A stretch of DNA of 64,000 nt, from positions 64,001 through 128,000 of the forward strand of contig CAVVYZ010000014.1 in the NCBI GenBank assembly GCA_963752595.1, read 5' to 3'. Below, one piece after another: positions 49,090-58,468 of this stretch. The DNA is from an uncultured delta proteobacterium (GTDB lineage Bacteria; Desulfobacterota; Desulfomonilia; UBA1062). The translations under genes and the position numbers were made by a program. Every line of letters starts with the position of its first letter. Position 1 is the first letter of the stretch. Below the pieces are notes generated by a model, which worked only from the letters and a program-made list of their open reading frames with translations, did not search any database and was not told where the DNA came from.

Positions 49090-49922
49090 ACGGATCCAGG
49101 ATTGCGCAAGCATCCGAAATGACTACCATGCACTGCGGCGGCACCATCTCCAGGCTCTTTGAGCCTGAGACAAAGGATCAGCTCAAGGAACTCTTAAGAT
49201 CTCTCGATTCTTTCATCGTAATCGGAGGCGGGTCCAATATGATTTTCTCCGACGGGACCACGCGGAAGCCGGTCATCCGCCTCGGGAATGGGTTCAACAG
49301 CATCGATCATCAGGAAGATATCCTTACCGCAGGCGCCTCTGTATCTACAGCCGGCCTGCTCGGATACTGCATCAGGAACGGCCTCACCGGGCTGGAGTTC
49401 CTCGCAGGGATACCCGGTACCATAGGCGGCGCTTTGTTCATGAATGCAGGCACCCCGGGCAAAGGCATCGTAGATAGTCTGCTGGTAGCAGAGTTCGTGG
49501 ACAAGGAAGGCCTGCATTCGGTCACCAGAAAAGAAATTCCGTACAGTTACCGCAGCGGAGGATTTCCTGCGGGTGCGGTGATCACCGGTGCACGCATGGA
49601 CGTGCATAAATCCACACCCGAAGAGGTGCGTTCCGCCATGGAATCATACCTGGAAAAGAGGCGCTCCCAGCCGAAAGGATACAACAGCGGGTCCGTGTTC
49701 AGGAATCCCGAAGGCTCTGCAGCCGGTTATCTCATCGAGCAGGCAGGCCTCAAGGGCTTGAGGGTCGGCGGCGCTTGCGTCTCCGATATTCATGCAAATT
49801 TCATCATCAATGATCGGGGTGCTTCTGCGTCCGATATAAAGTCGCTTGTACGCCTCATCAAGGAGCGGGTGAAAGAGAAGTTCGGGATAGAATTGCAAGA
49901 GGAGGTAAGAATCGTTGATTGA
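49086..49922 (+). CDS. murB: UDP-N-acetylenolpyruvoylglucosamine reductase
   Basis: GGGSN, GIPGTIGGALFMNAG, SGSVFRNP, HANFI; ATG 49086. Confidence 0.94.
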   Translation: MNGSRIAQASEMTTMHCGGTISRLFEPETKDQLKELLRSLDSFIVIGGGSNMIFSDGTTRKPVIRLGNGFNSIDHQEDILTAGASVSTAGLLGYCIRNGLTGLEFLAGIPGTIGGALFMNAGTPGKGIVDSLLVAEFVDKEGLHSVTRKEIPYSYRSGGFPAGAVITGARMDVHKSTPEEVRSAMESYLEKRRSQPKGYNSGSVFRNPEGSAAGYLIEQAGLKGLRVGGACVSDIHANFIINDRGASASDIKSLVRLIKERVKEKFGIELQEEVRIVD

Positions 49923-50700
49923 CTACAAAGAAACGAAAAAGACTGCCTCCAAGAAGAAAACACTGTCGAAAATCAACCTTGCAATCCGCTTGTCCATATG
50001 GTTATGCCTTGGCATCTCCGGAGCTCTCATTACGTTGTGTGCAGTTGCATATGTCGTGAACTCCGAGCTTTTTAACTTGAAGGACATTGAAATAATAGGC
50101 AATGCCCATGTGGATAAAAACGAGGTCCTGACATTACTGGACCTTGATGAAGGGGCCAATATCTTCAGCTGGGACATGGATGCAGCGAAGCAGAGGCTCC
50201 TGGTACACCCATGGATAAAGGACATAAGCATTTCCAGGAGCTTGATCCCGGCGGGTATCAGCGTCCGTATCGTGGAGCACAAGCCCACGGCGACGCTGGT
50301 CCTCAAGGACAAGCCCTATTACATCTCCGAGGAAGGGCTGGTATTTGCTTCAGCTTCGGAAGACCGCTTCGGCCTCATGATTCAGGCCGGCGACTACGAG
50401 CCTGCAAATGGAGATGAGGATCTCAATAATATTTTAAAATCGGGCATTAGTGCGGTTTCTGTTGTCGAAGCCAAGGGATTGAAGGTAAAAGATCTCATCA
50501 TCGAGGCAGGCGGGGTCATGGACATCAGGCTCGCGATGGGCATCACCCTGGTCATACTCGGCGAGATGACGCCCCACAAGGTGGACATGGCGCTGAGGAC
50601 CTTGCGGGAAGTGAAGCCCGCAGCAGGAACCGTGATGGATTTAACGTGCGAGGATAAAATCGTATTGAGGAATCGGGGGCACTATGGCAGCGAGGGATAG
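49915..50700 (+). CDS. ftsQ: Cell division protein FtsQ/DivIB (POTRA)
   Basis: TM plus POTRA (IEIIGN, HPWIKDISI.R..P..V.IVE); synteny. Confidence 0.85.
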   Translation: MIDYKETKKTASKKKTLSKINLAIRLSIWLCLGISGALITLCAVAYVVNSELFNLKDIEIIGNAHVDKNEVLTLLDLDEGANIFSWDMDAAKQRLLVHPWIKDISISRSLIPAGISVRIVEHKPTATLVLKDKPYYISEEGLVFASASEDRFGLMIQAGDYEPANGDEDLNNILKSGISAVSVVEAKGLKVKDLIIEAGGVMDIRLAMGITLVILGEMTPHKVDMALRTLREVKPAAGTVMDLTCEDKIVLRNRGHYGSEG

Positions 50701-51913
50701 GATTATTGTCGGGCTGGATATCGGGACCACCAAGATATGCTGCATCATTACGGAACTGAAGGAAAACGGTGATCTCGAGGTCATCGGATTCGGCATATCC
50801 GAGTCCAAGGGATTGAGGAGAGGGCTCGTGGTGAATATGGAGCAGACCGTCGAGGCCATCCAGTCCGCAGTGGAAGACGCCGAGAAGATGGCCGGGATCC
50901 GTGTGGACGAGGTATATACGGGCATCGCAGGCGGGCACATCCAGGGCATCACCGCCAGCGCGGTCATCACCGTCAAGGGCGATGAAATTTTCCCTGCCGA
51001 CAAGAAACGGGTCGTGGACCAGGCCATGGACTTTGCAAAGCCTGTGGGCGTTGAGATTATCCATGTGCTCCCCCAGGAATTCTGCGTCGACGATATCTGC
51101 GGTATTTCAGACCCGGTGGGTATGGCCGGATCGAAACTTGAAGCCCACATCCACATCGTCACCGGATCTATTTCCGCAGTGAGCAATATAACCAAATGCG
51201 CCCAGAAGGCGGGCTTGGGTCTTCAGGATATCGTGCTCCAGCAGATAGCATCCGCAGCATCCATCCTCACGCCCGACGAGATCCAGCTCGGGGTGATCCT
51301 CATGGATATCGGCGGAGGCACCACCGACATCGCGGTCTTCAATGACGGCGCGATCCGGCATACCGTAGTGCTTGCGCTGGGAGGCGATCACGTCACCAAC
51401 GACATCGCCGTGGGGTTGCGCACCCCCATTGCCGAGGCGGAGCGCCTCAAGGTCAAATACGGCCATGCCATCGCCTCCCATGTCTCGACCGATGAGCAGA
51501 TCGAGGTTCCCTCCATCGGAGGCGATACGGTCAATACGGTCCCCAGAAGGATCCTTGCAGAAATAATCGAATCACGGGTGGAAGAGCTGTTCAAGCTTGC
51601 TTACACCGAGATACGCAATACCGGTTTTTCCGAGACAATGTCCGCCGGCCTCGTCCTCACAGGCGGTGCCTCGGCGCTGGAAGGGGTTGCCGATCTTGCA
51701 GAGGGGATCATGCACCTGCCCGTCCGTGTCGGTTATCCGCGCGGGGTAAAGGGCCTGGTGGAATTGGTGAACAGCCCTGCGTATGCAACAGCGGTTGGTT
51801 TGTGCATTTATGAAAAAGGCAGTCCGAGCAGTGGTTTCAGCAGCAAAAAGGGTACATCGTTTTACGAACGGATCTTTGATCGGATGATACGTTGGTTCAA
51901 AGAGGTCTTCTAA
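50684..51913 (+). CDS. ftsA: Cell division protein FtsA
   Basis: GLDIGTTKI, DIGGGTTD, VLTGGAS, YATAVGL. Confidence 0.96.
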   Translation: MAARDRIIVGLDIGTTKICCIITELKENGDLEVIGFGISESKGLRRGLVVNMEQTVEAIQSAVEDAEKMAGIRVDEVYTGIAGGHIQGITASAVITVKGDEIFPADKKRVVDQAMDFAKPVGVEIIHVLPQEFCVDDICGISDPVGMAGSKLEAHIHIVTGSISAVSNITKCAQKAGLGLQDIVLQQIASAASILTPDEIQLGVILMDIGGGTTDIAVFNDGAIRHTVVLALGGDHVTNDIAVGLRTPIAEAERLKVKYGHAIASHVSTDEQIEVPSIGGDTVNTVPRRILAEIIESRVEELFKLAYTEIRNTGFSETMSAGLVLTGGASALEGVADLAEGIMHLPVRVGYPRGVKGLVELVNSPAYATAVGLCIYEKGSPSSGFSSKKGTSFYERIFDRMIRWFKEVF

Positions 51914-51930
51914 AATATAAGGAGGAGAAG

Positions 51931-53100
51931 ATGTTTGAGTTGGAGAAGCTGGAACATTCCGGAGCAAAGATTAAGGTCATTGGTGTGGGAGGATGTGGCT
52001 GCAACGCAGTCAACAACATGATCAATGCAAACCTCAAGGGGGTCGATTTCCTCGCATGCAATACCGATATCCAGACGCTGAAATCCTCCCTCTCTCCCAT
52101 CAGGGTTCAGATCGGTACCAAACTCACCAGGGGTCTCGGTGCAGGCGGAGATCCCGATGTGGGGAAAAGCGCAGCCAGCGAGAGTGAAGATGAATTAAGG
52201 GCTGCGCTCGAAGGCACAGACATGGTCTTCATAACCGCAGGCATGGGCGGCGGGACCGGAACCGGCGCTTCTCCCATCGTGGCGCAGATAGCCAGGGAAA
52301 TGGGTGCGTTGACCGTAGGGGTCGTAACGAAACCCTTCCCCTTCGAAGGCAAGCGCAAGATGAAGCAGGCGGAATACGGTGAAAAAGAGCTCACCGAACA
52401 CGTAGACGCCCTCATCGTCATTCCCAACAACCGGCTCTTGAGCTTGGCGGGCAAAAACATCCCCCTGCTCGAAGCCTTCAAGCTGGCCGATGACATCCTC
52501 ATCAATGCAGTCAAAGGCATCTCCGACCTCATCAACAACACCGGCCTGGTCAATGTGGACTTCAACGATGTCAAGGCAGTCATGATCGAAAAGGGCAAGG
52601 CCCTGATGGGCATCGGCTATGCGTCGGGTGAAAACAGGGCACAGGAAGCGGCTCAGGCTGCGATCGCCTCCCCGCTCCTCGAGGACATGGACATTCACGG
52701 CGCCAAGGGACTCCTCATCAACATCACGGGCGGCCCCAGCATCACCATGGACGAGATTCACGAGGCATCCACCCTCATCCAGTCGGCTGCCCACGACGAT
52801 GCCAATATCATCTGGGGCGTGGTCATCGATGAGGCTATGCAGGACAAGATCGCCATTACCGTGGTTGCCACCGGGTTCAATAACAAGCCCATTGTACTCT
52901 CCAGCGTGGAGGAGCCTGTGTTCCCCACCCAGGAGAAGCATTCCGCAACCGTGATTGATTACAACAAACCAGCCTTCATGCGAAAGAAGGAATCCAAGGG
53001 CGATAAAGAAGTCGTCAGGCTGGGAATGGTCGTGGATGACAGCATACTTGATGAAGAAGCCTTCAATGTTCCGACATTCCTCAGGAAGAAGGCCGACTAG
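51931..53100 (+). CDS. ftsZ: Cell division protein FtsZ
   Basis: GMGGGTGTG, NVDFND, C-terminal VPTFLRK; SD AAGGAGG before ATG 51931. Confidence 0.98.
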   Translation: MFELEKLEHSGAKIKVIGVGGCGCNAVNNMINANLKGVDFLACNTDIQTLKSSLSPIRVQIGTKLTRGLGAGGDPDVGKSAASESEDELRAALEGTDMVFITAGMGGGTGTGASPIVAQIAREMGALTVGVVTKPFPFEGKRKMKQAEYGEKELTEHVDALIVIPNNRLLSLAGKNIPLLEAFKLADDILINAVKGISDLINNTGLVNVDFNDVKAVMIEKGKALMGIGYASGENRAQEAAQAAIASPLLEDMDIHGAKGLLINITGGPSITMDEIHEASTLIQSAAHDDANIIWGVVIDEAMQDKIAITVVATGFNNKPIVLSSVEEPVFPTQEKHSATVIDYNKPAFMRKKESKGDKEVVRLGMVVDDSILDEEAFNVPTFLRKKAD

Positions 53101-53118
53101 AGATAGAGGCAGAAGTTT

Positions 53119-54228
53119 ATGAGGCCGACACGGGTAGAGATCGATCTGTGCGCTATTAAAAGCAATCTGGCAGCAATACGCGCACGGACCGGCACCAGGA
53201 TCATGATGGCCATCAAGGCCGATGCATACGGCCATGGGGCACGCGTTGTGGGCAGGTTTGTCCAGGAGAAAAATCTCGTGGATATGCTGGGCGTGAGCTG
53301 CATTGAAGAAGGCGTCCAGCTGCGCGAATCCGGCGTGTCTCTTCCCATCCTTATCTTCGGCCTCATCAACAATACCCGCGAGGATTGCGATGCAGTCTTC
53401 TCGTACCACCTCACCCCTACCCTTGTCGATAATGCCCTGACCGATAGTCTCATCAACGGCGCACGGAGGTGGAACCGCCCTATCGGCGTCCATATCAAGA
53501 CAGATACCGGCATGGGCAGGCTCGGCCTTACTCCTGAGGAAACGCTCAAACTCGCGGCTGATATATCAGAATTAAAAGAGATCACCCTGAAAGGAATGTA
53601 TACGCATTTCCCGGTCTCCGATATCCCCGGCCAGCCTTTCACTCTCGGTCAGATAACCAGGTTCGGCGAACTCCTGAACAGCATGGAGGCCCAGGGCATG
53701 AATCCGGGCCTTCGCCACTGCGCCAACTCGGGCGCCATTCTCAATCATCGTGAGTCGTTCATGGATATGGTGCGCCCCGGCATCCTCTGCTATGGCCTCT
53801 ATCCTGCAGCCGGCTTTGAATCGGACCTCAAAATCACCCCTGCCATGACGCTAAAGACGGCCATCATGTTCGTCAAGCGGGTGAAGAAGGGTACAGGCCT
53901 GTCCTACGGACTCACCTACCATACACAGAAAGACACCTGTATCGCCACCATACCCATCGGGTATGCCGACGGGTACCCGAGATGCCTTTCTAACAAATCC
54001 CAGGTGATCATCCAGGGGAAAACCTATCCCGTCGTGGGAAGGATATGCATGGATCAGAGCCTTGTAGACCTCGGCGACGATATCTATGCGCCGGGCGAGG
54101 AAGTGACCCTCTTCGGCCGCGAAGGGATCACGGCACAGACCGTTGCCTCCTGGGGGAACACCATACCGTATGAAGTCACCTGCGACATGAGCCGCAGGGT
54201 TCCGCGCACGTACTCCAATGACAAATAG
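53119..54228 (+). CDS. alr: Alanine racemase
   Basis: IKADAYGHG, KTDTGMGRLG, RPGI, GYADG, GRICMDQ, TIPYE. Confidence 0.96.
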   Translation: MRPTRVEIDLCAIKSNLAAIRARTGTRIMMAIKADAYGHGARVVGRFVQEKNLVDMLGVSCIEEGVQLRESGVSLPILIFGLINNTREDCDAVFSYHLTPTLVDNALTDSLINGARRWNRPIGVHIKTDTGMGRLGLTPEETLKLAADISELKEITLKGMYTHFPVSDIPGQPFTLGQITRFGELLNSMEAQGMNPGLRHCANSGAILNHRESFMDMVRPGILCYGLYPAAGFESDLKITPAMTLKTAIMFVKRVKKGTGLSYGLTYHTQKDTCIATIPIGYADGYPRCLSNKSQVIIQGKTYPVVGRICMDQSLVDLGDDIYAPGEEVTLFGREGITAQTVASWGNTIPYEVTCDMSRRVPRTYSNDK

Positions 54229-54316
54229 TTTCTGATTCAAAGACCATCCGGTTCATTCCGCTCCCCTTCCCATCGATATGCTGCATTCCGGAAACAGCCA
54301 TGTCCCTTTTTGTGCA

Positions 54317-54354
54317 AAAGGGGGGGATGGGCCTGTGTGCCCATCCCCCCCTTT
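54317..54354. terminator. Bidirectional terminator hairpin between alr and the PKD gene
   Basis: AAAG7ATGGGC-CTGTGT-GCCCATC7TTT. Confidence 0.8.
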
Positions 54355-54373
54355 CCAAGCTTTTTCCCGACTA

Positions 54374-56764
54374 TCAGCGTTTCTTGAAATTGCCCATACT
54401 GCTTTTGATGGTCTTCCTGTCCGTGGTGGTTCCTTCAACGTACCAGTTTATCGTGGTCCCGGAGGGGATGAACAGGTTCCAGAGCATCGAGCTCATTCTG
54501 CAGGAGGTTCCGGTTCCGTTGTAGATGTTGCTGTATTTCTTTCCGTTCACGGTGATATAGACCTTATATCTGCTAAAATCGGAAGCGTTCCAGCTGAAGA
54601 GCGGATTCTCACTCATGATAGCCCCCATCTGCGGGGTGAGCAGCGAGATGGCCACTGCAGACTGCTGCACGGCCACGGTCACGGTATCCGGGCTGCTGGT
54701 ATCTTTCCCGTCATAGACTTTCAACTCGAACACGTACACGCCTGCAACTGTCGGGACAAAGGACGGTGTCGCGGTATTGGAATAATTCAGGGATATCCTC
54801 GTACCCGAAGTCTGAGACCAGATGTAGGAGATGGGGTCGCCGTCCGGGTCGCTGCTCAAGCGGCCATCAAGGGTTACTGCATCGCCTACCTTCACAGTCT
54901 TGTCCTGGCCTGCCTCGGCAACAGGCACCTGATTGAAGTTGTCGACTGTTACCAGCACAGTATCCTGTGTTGCCGCCTGTCCATCGGAAACCTTGAGTGT
55001 GAAGCCTAAGACTCCCGATGTGGTCGGTGTAAAGCTTGGACGGGCAGTCTGCGCACCGGTCAGGACGACACTGGCACCGGATGTCTGGGTCCATGTATAG
55101 CTTATCATATCGCCGTCCGGATCATAGGAGCCTGCTCCGTCAAGGACAACCGGATCGCCTGCATAGGCATTGATGTCATCGCCCGCATCCGCTACCGGTG
55201 CATTATTCTGTCTCAGGACCGTGACCCAAACCCTTTCAGCTGTGGAAGATACGAGACCGTCGTTGACAACGAGCTCGAATTCAAAGGTGCCTGCTGCAAC
55301 CGCAGCAAAGGCAGGAGATGCACCTTGGGAATTCTGGAGCGTAACTGCGGTGCCGGACACCTGTCTCCATGCATAGGTCAGGCTGTTGCCGTCAGGATCG
55401 GTGGAGCCGCTGCCGTCGAGTGTTACCTGTGAACCGACCTGGACGCTCTGATCGGGGCCTGCATTAGCTGTGGGGGCACGGTTCACTGCGTTTGCAATTA
55501 CAATGATCTCATCAGCAGGGCTCGTGAGGGTTCCGTCCGAGCAGGTGACCGAGAACCGGTACTGTCCTGCTGCGCTGAACATAAGCGTGATGTTCTGCTG
55601 ATTCATGCTCGGCAGCGTCATAGCAGAACCCTGGACGAACTTCCATTGGTATGTCAGATCATCTTCGTTGGAATCGGTGCCGGTTGCATGGAGCAGTACC
55701 TGCGTCCCGACGGTAACCGTCGTGTCGCCTCCCGCATTCACGTTCGGAGCGACATTCAGGATGGTGATGTCAACAGTATCCGAACCCGTTGACTTGCCGT
55801 CAAAACACTTGAGCATGAAACGGTAGAGGCCGGCCTTTGTGCCTACAAAACTTGCACGAGTGCTCGTTGGGTTCTCGATAGTTACAGCAGCAGGGCCGCT
55901 CACGAAGGACCATGTATACTGAAGGGTATCGCCATTAGGGTCTGTTGATGCTGTACCATCAAGGTATACGCGTGTGGGGGCTGTCTGCCGATCGGACCCT
56001 GCACGGGCATAAGGAGTGTTATCCGAAGCGCTCGCAGGGTTCGACCCATTATAGTATTCTTCGTAGTTCGAAAGACCGTCATTATCCAGGTCCAATGCCG
56101 CATCGGTCGGGTTGTTAGGATCGAGGCCGTATGATGCCTCCCAAGTGTTCGGCATACCGTCTCCATCGGTATCGAGGCGCAGCTCGATGGTATCCCGGGC
56201 AGCTGTGCTCATCCAGTTGCCTGACGCATCTTTGAAATTGACGTATACGGTCTTGACCCCGTCGCCTTCCGTGAGCACCCATGATTGGGAAGCGGCAAAA
56301 GGAGCCTCGCCGGACCAGGTCACGCCGTCATTGCTTATTTTCATCGCGACAACCGTTCCACCTGCATCGCTGGCGGATAACGAAAGCGTAACAACTCTGG
56401 AGGGAGTGGTTGCACTGCCTGAATTGATCACGACAGTCCCGGTCGGAGGGGTAGCATCCGGAACAGGAACATATATGCTTACTTCGCTGGAGTAACCTGA
56501 CTCATTACCGGAGGTGTCATAGGCGGTTATAGCAAAGTAGTACGTCGTTCCTGTCTGGGCGTTGAACTGATAAGTCGTGACATTTTCTACATCCGTTTTC
56601 GTGCCGTATATCCCTGATTGAGTTCCGTAATAGAGGTTATATCCTGCAAGATCACTTTCAGTATTTGCATTCCAGCTTATCAGAACAGATGCGGCAAATC
56701 CCGGTACTTGGGAAAACATAACAAATGCAAGAACAAAAAGAATTACATTTCGTGTCTGTCTCAT
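54374..56764 (-). CDS. Secreted protein: FN3 + Ig-like + DxDxDG Ca-binding motifs + five PKD/K319L-like repeats
   Basis: Signal peptide; SWNANTESDLAGY..YYFAITAYD..GNES; DTDGDGMP/DLDNDGLSN; five P.A.AG.D...LDG..S.DPDG...Y.W-type repeats. Confidence 0.85.
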   Translation of the reverse strand: MRQTRNVILFVLAFVMFSQVPGFAASVLISWNANTESDLAGYNLYYGTQSGIYGTKTDVENVTTYQFNAQTGTTYYFAITAYDTSGNESGYSSEVSIYVPVPDATPPTGTVVINSGSATTPSRVVTLSLSASDAGGTVVAMKISNDGVTWSGEAPFAASQSWVLTEGDGVKTVYVNFKDASGNWMSTAARDTIELRLDTDGDGMPNTWEASYGLDPNNPTDAALDLDNDGLSNYEEYYNGSNPASASDNTPYARAGSDRQTAPTRVYLDGTASTDPNGDTLQYTWSFVSGPAAVTIENPTSTRASFVGTKAGLYRFMLKCFDGKSTGSDTVDITILNVAPNVNAGGDTTVTVGTQVLLHATGTDSNEDDLTYQWKFVQGSAMTLPSMNQQNITLMFSAAGQYRFSVTCSDGTLTSPADEIIVIANAVNRAPTANAGPDQSVQVGSQVTLDGSGSTDPDGNSLTYAWRQVSGTAVTLQNSQGASPAFAAVAAGTFEFELVVNDGLVSSTAERVWVTVLRQNNAPVADAGDDINAYAGDPVVLDGAGSYDPDGDMISYTWTQTSGASVVLTGAQTARPSFTPTTSGVLGFTLKVSDGQAATQDTVLVTVDNFNQVPVAEAGQDKTVKVGDAVTLDGRLSSDPDGDPISYIWSQTSGTRISLNYSNTATPSFVPTVAGVYVFELKVYDGKDTSSPDTVTVAVQQSAVAISLLTPQMGAIMSENPLFSWNASDFSRYKVYITVNGKKYSNIYNGTGTSCRMSSMLWNLFIPSGTTINWYVEGTTTDRKTIKSSMGNFKKR

Positions 56765-56806
56765 GGGAGCACCTCCAGTAGTTCCATTCGCTCGGATTAC
56801 ATGGAG

Positions 56807-56821
56807 GCAAATTACAAGCCA
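56807..56821 (-). promoter_or_regulatory. Putative sigma54 promoter of the PKD-repeat gene
   Basis: TGGCTTGTAATTTGC (GG-N10-GC); upstream AT tract and GTTAC-N6-GTAAC palindrome at about 56896-56911. Confidence 0.55.
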
Positions 56822-57146
56822 TTTAAATTAATATTATAAATTCATATTATTATATGATTTTCAGGTTCTGAGAACACAACACTTCTGTAGTACATGTTAC
56901 TGTTTTGTAACTAATTTTTATTTTCTCGATAATGCTGTATGTAAACCTTGAGATCCAACCCATCCTTCGCATCAGTAACCCCTATAAGCAAAGGCTTGCA
57001 GGGATATCTGTTTTTCCCCGAACCGGTTTTTAAAGAGTCAGCAAAGACCTTTCTCTTCCCGATACGCCCCCCCTACAATGGGATATGAGCGGGAGAAGAT
57101 GGGCATGCCAAGGATGACGATCTTGTAAAGAGCGGGAGAGTATGCA

Positions 57147-58466
57147 ATGTTTATATACATGAAAAAGGTTGTTACCCTACTGCTCATGGGCTGTGTCCTC
57201 TGCCTTCCATGGTTGTCATATGCCATGACGTATGATGAGGAGAGGAAGATCTCCCAGGAAATCATCACGAGCCTGGATGCCAATGGGCTCATCATCTACG
57301 ACCACGAAATCACCTGGCCCGTCAAGATGATTACGGACAGGCTTGTCGACCACATGAAAAACCCGGTGTACACCTTCAATGTCCACGTGATTAGGGACAG
57401 GTCCGTCAATGCATTTACCATCCCTGACGGGCACGTCTTCATTAATATAGGAACCCTTCTGTTTGCAAAGGATCTGGATGAGATCGCCGCAGTCATCGGC
57501 CACGAGATGGGTCATGCACAGCTGCGCCATATTCCGCAGGCCCTTGATGAACAGAAAAATGTAACGGCGGCAACGATCGTAGGAGTTCTTCTGGGCACCA
57601 TCGTATCTGCAAAAAATCCGGAAGCCGGCGCAGCCATGGTCTTTTCTTCGCTGGGAGGCGGTGAGAATATCAAGCTTGCGTATTCCCGGCGCCATGAGTA
57701 TGACGCGGACGATTTCGGGACCAGGCTCATAAGCGACTCAGGTTTCTCCCCTTCAGCCATGAACAGATTCCTCGTACGGCTGAACGCGTATTCGGGAGGG
57801 GCGGACATCCCAGAATATCTGCTTACCCATCCGTATAGTACAAATCGCATCTCGGGCCAGTCGCCGGACGTGCAGAAATCGAACCCGGATTCATATTACT
57901 GGAACCTTTATGCCAGCGTTAACGGGCTGCTCCTGCCGGAGGAGGAAGCGACACAGCGGTCTGCAGAGATGCCGGGTCCGTACCGCAATCTCTCGCTGGG
58001 CTTGATGGAGACGAGGAAAGGAAGGCACGATAAGGCATTGGCACTGCTGAAAGATATAGACCTCCCCCTGGCGAACGCATACAAGGGACTCAACCTTGCG
58101 CTGATGGGGAAAAAGAACGAAGCATACCCCTATCTCAAGCAGTTCGGGAGCTCTGCCAGGTCTCAGATCGTTCTGGCCGATATCATGGAAGGACGGGGCG
58201 AGTTCGATCAGGCTATTGCAGTAATCCTTCCGTTCCAGAAACAAGATACCAGTGTGGATTACAAGTTGGGCATCCTCTATCAGAAGTCATCGCACCAGGA
58301 GCTTTCCCATGTTTCTTTTGCCAGGTATTTTTTCAAGACCGGCAAGCATAAGGCAGCGCTTCATCACATAACCAAGGCTCTCGAACACGAGAAAGAGCTG
58401 GACGGCAATGTGGTGGACGAACTCAAAGAGATGAAAAAATATATCGGCAAGATTGAAAAGGGGTGA
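57147..58466 (+). CDS. M48 metalloprotease with TPR region (BepA/YfgC-like)
   Basis: Signal peptide, NAFTIPDG, HEMGH, YSRRHEYDAD, YLLTHP..R. Confidence 0.88.
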   Translation: MFIYMKKVVTLLLMGCVLCLPWLSYAMTYDEERKISQEIITSLDANGLIIYDHEITWPVKMITDRLVDHMKNPVYTFNVHVIRDRSVNAFTIPDGHVFINIGTLLFAKDLDEIAAVIGHEMGHAQLRHIPQALDEQKNVTAATIVGVLLGTIVSAKNPEAGAAMVFSSLGGGENIKLAYSRRHEYDADDFGTRLISDSGFSPSAMNRFLVRLNAYSGGADIPEYLLTHPYSTNRISGQSPDVQKSNPDSYYWNLYASVNGLLLPEEEATQRSAEMPGPYRNLSLGLMETRKGRHDKALALLKDIDLPLANAYKGLNLALMGKKNEAYPYLKQFGSSARSQIVLADIMEGRGEFDQAIAVILPFQKQDTSVDYKLGILYQKSSHQELSHVSFARYFFKTGKHKAALHHITKALEHEKELDGNVVDELKEMKKYIGKIEKG

Positions 58467-58468
58467 CA

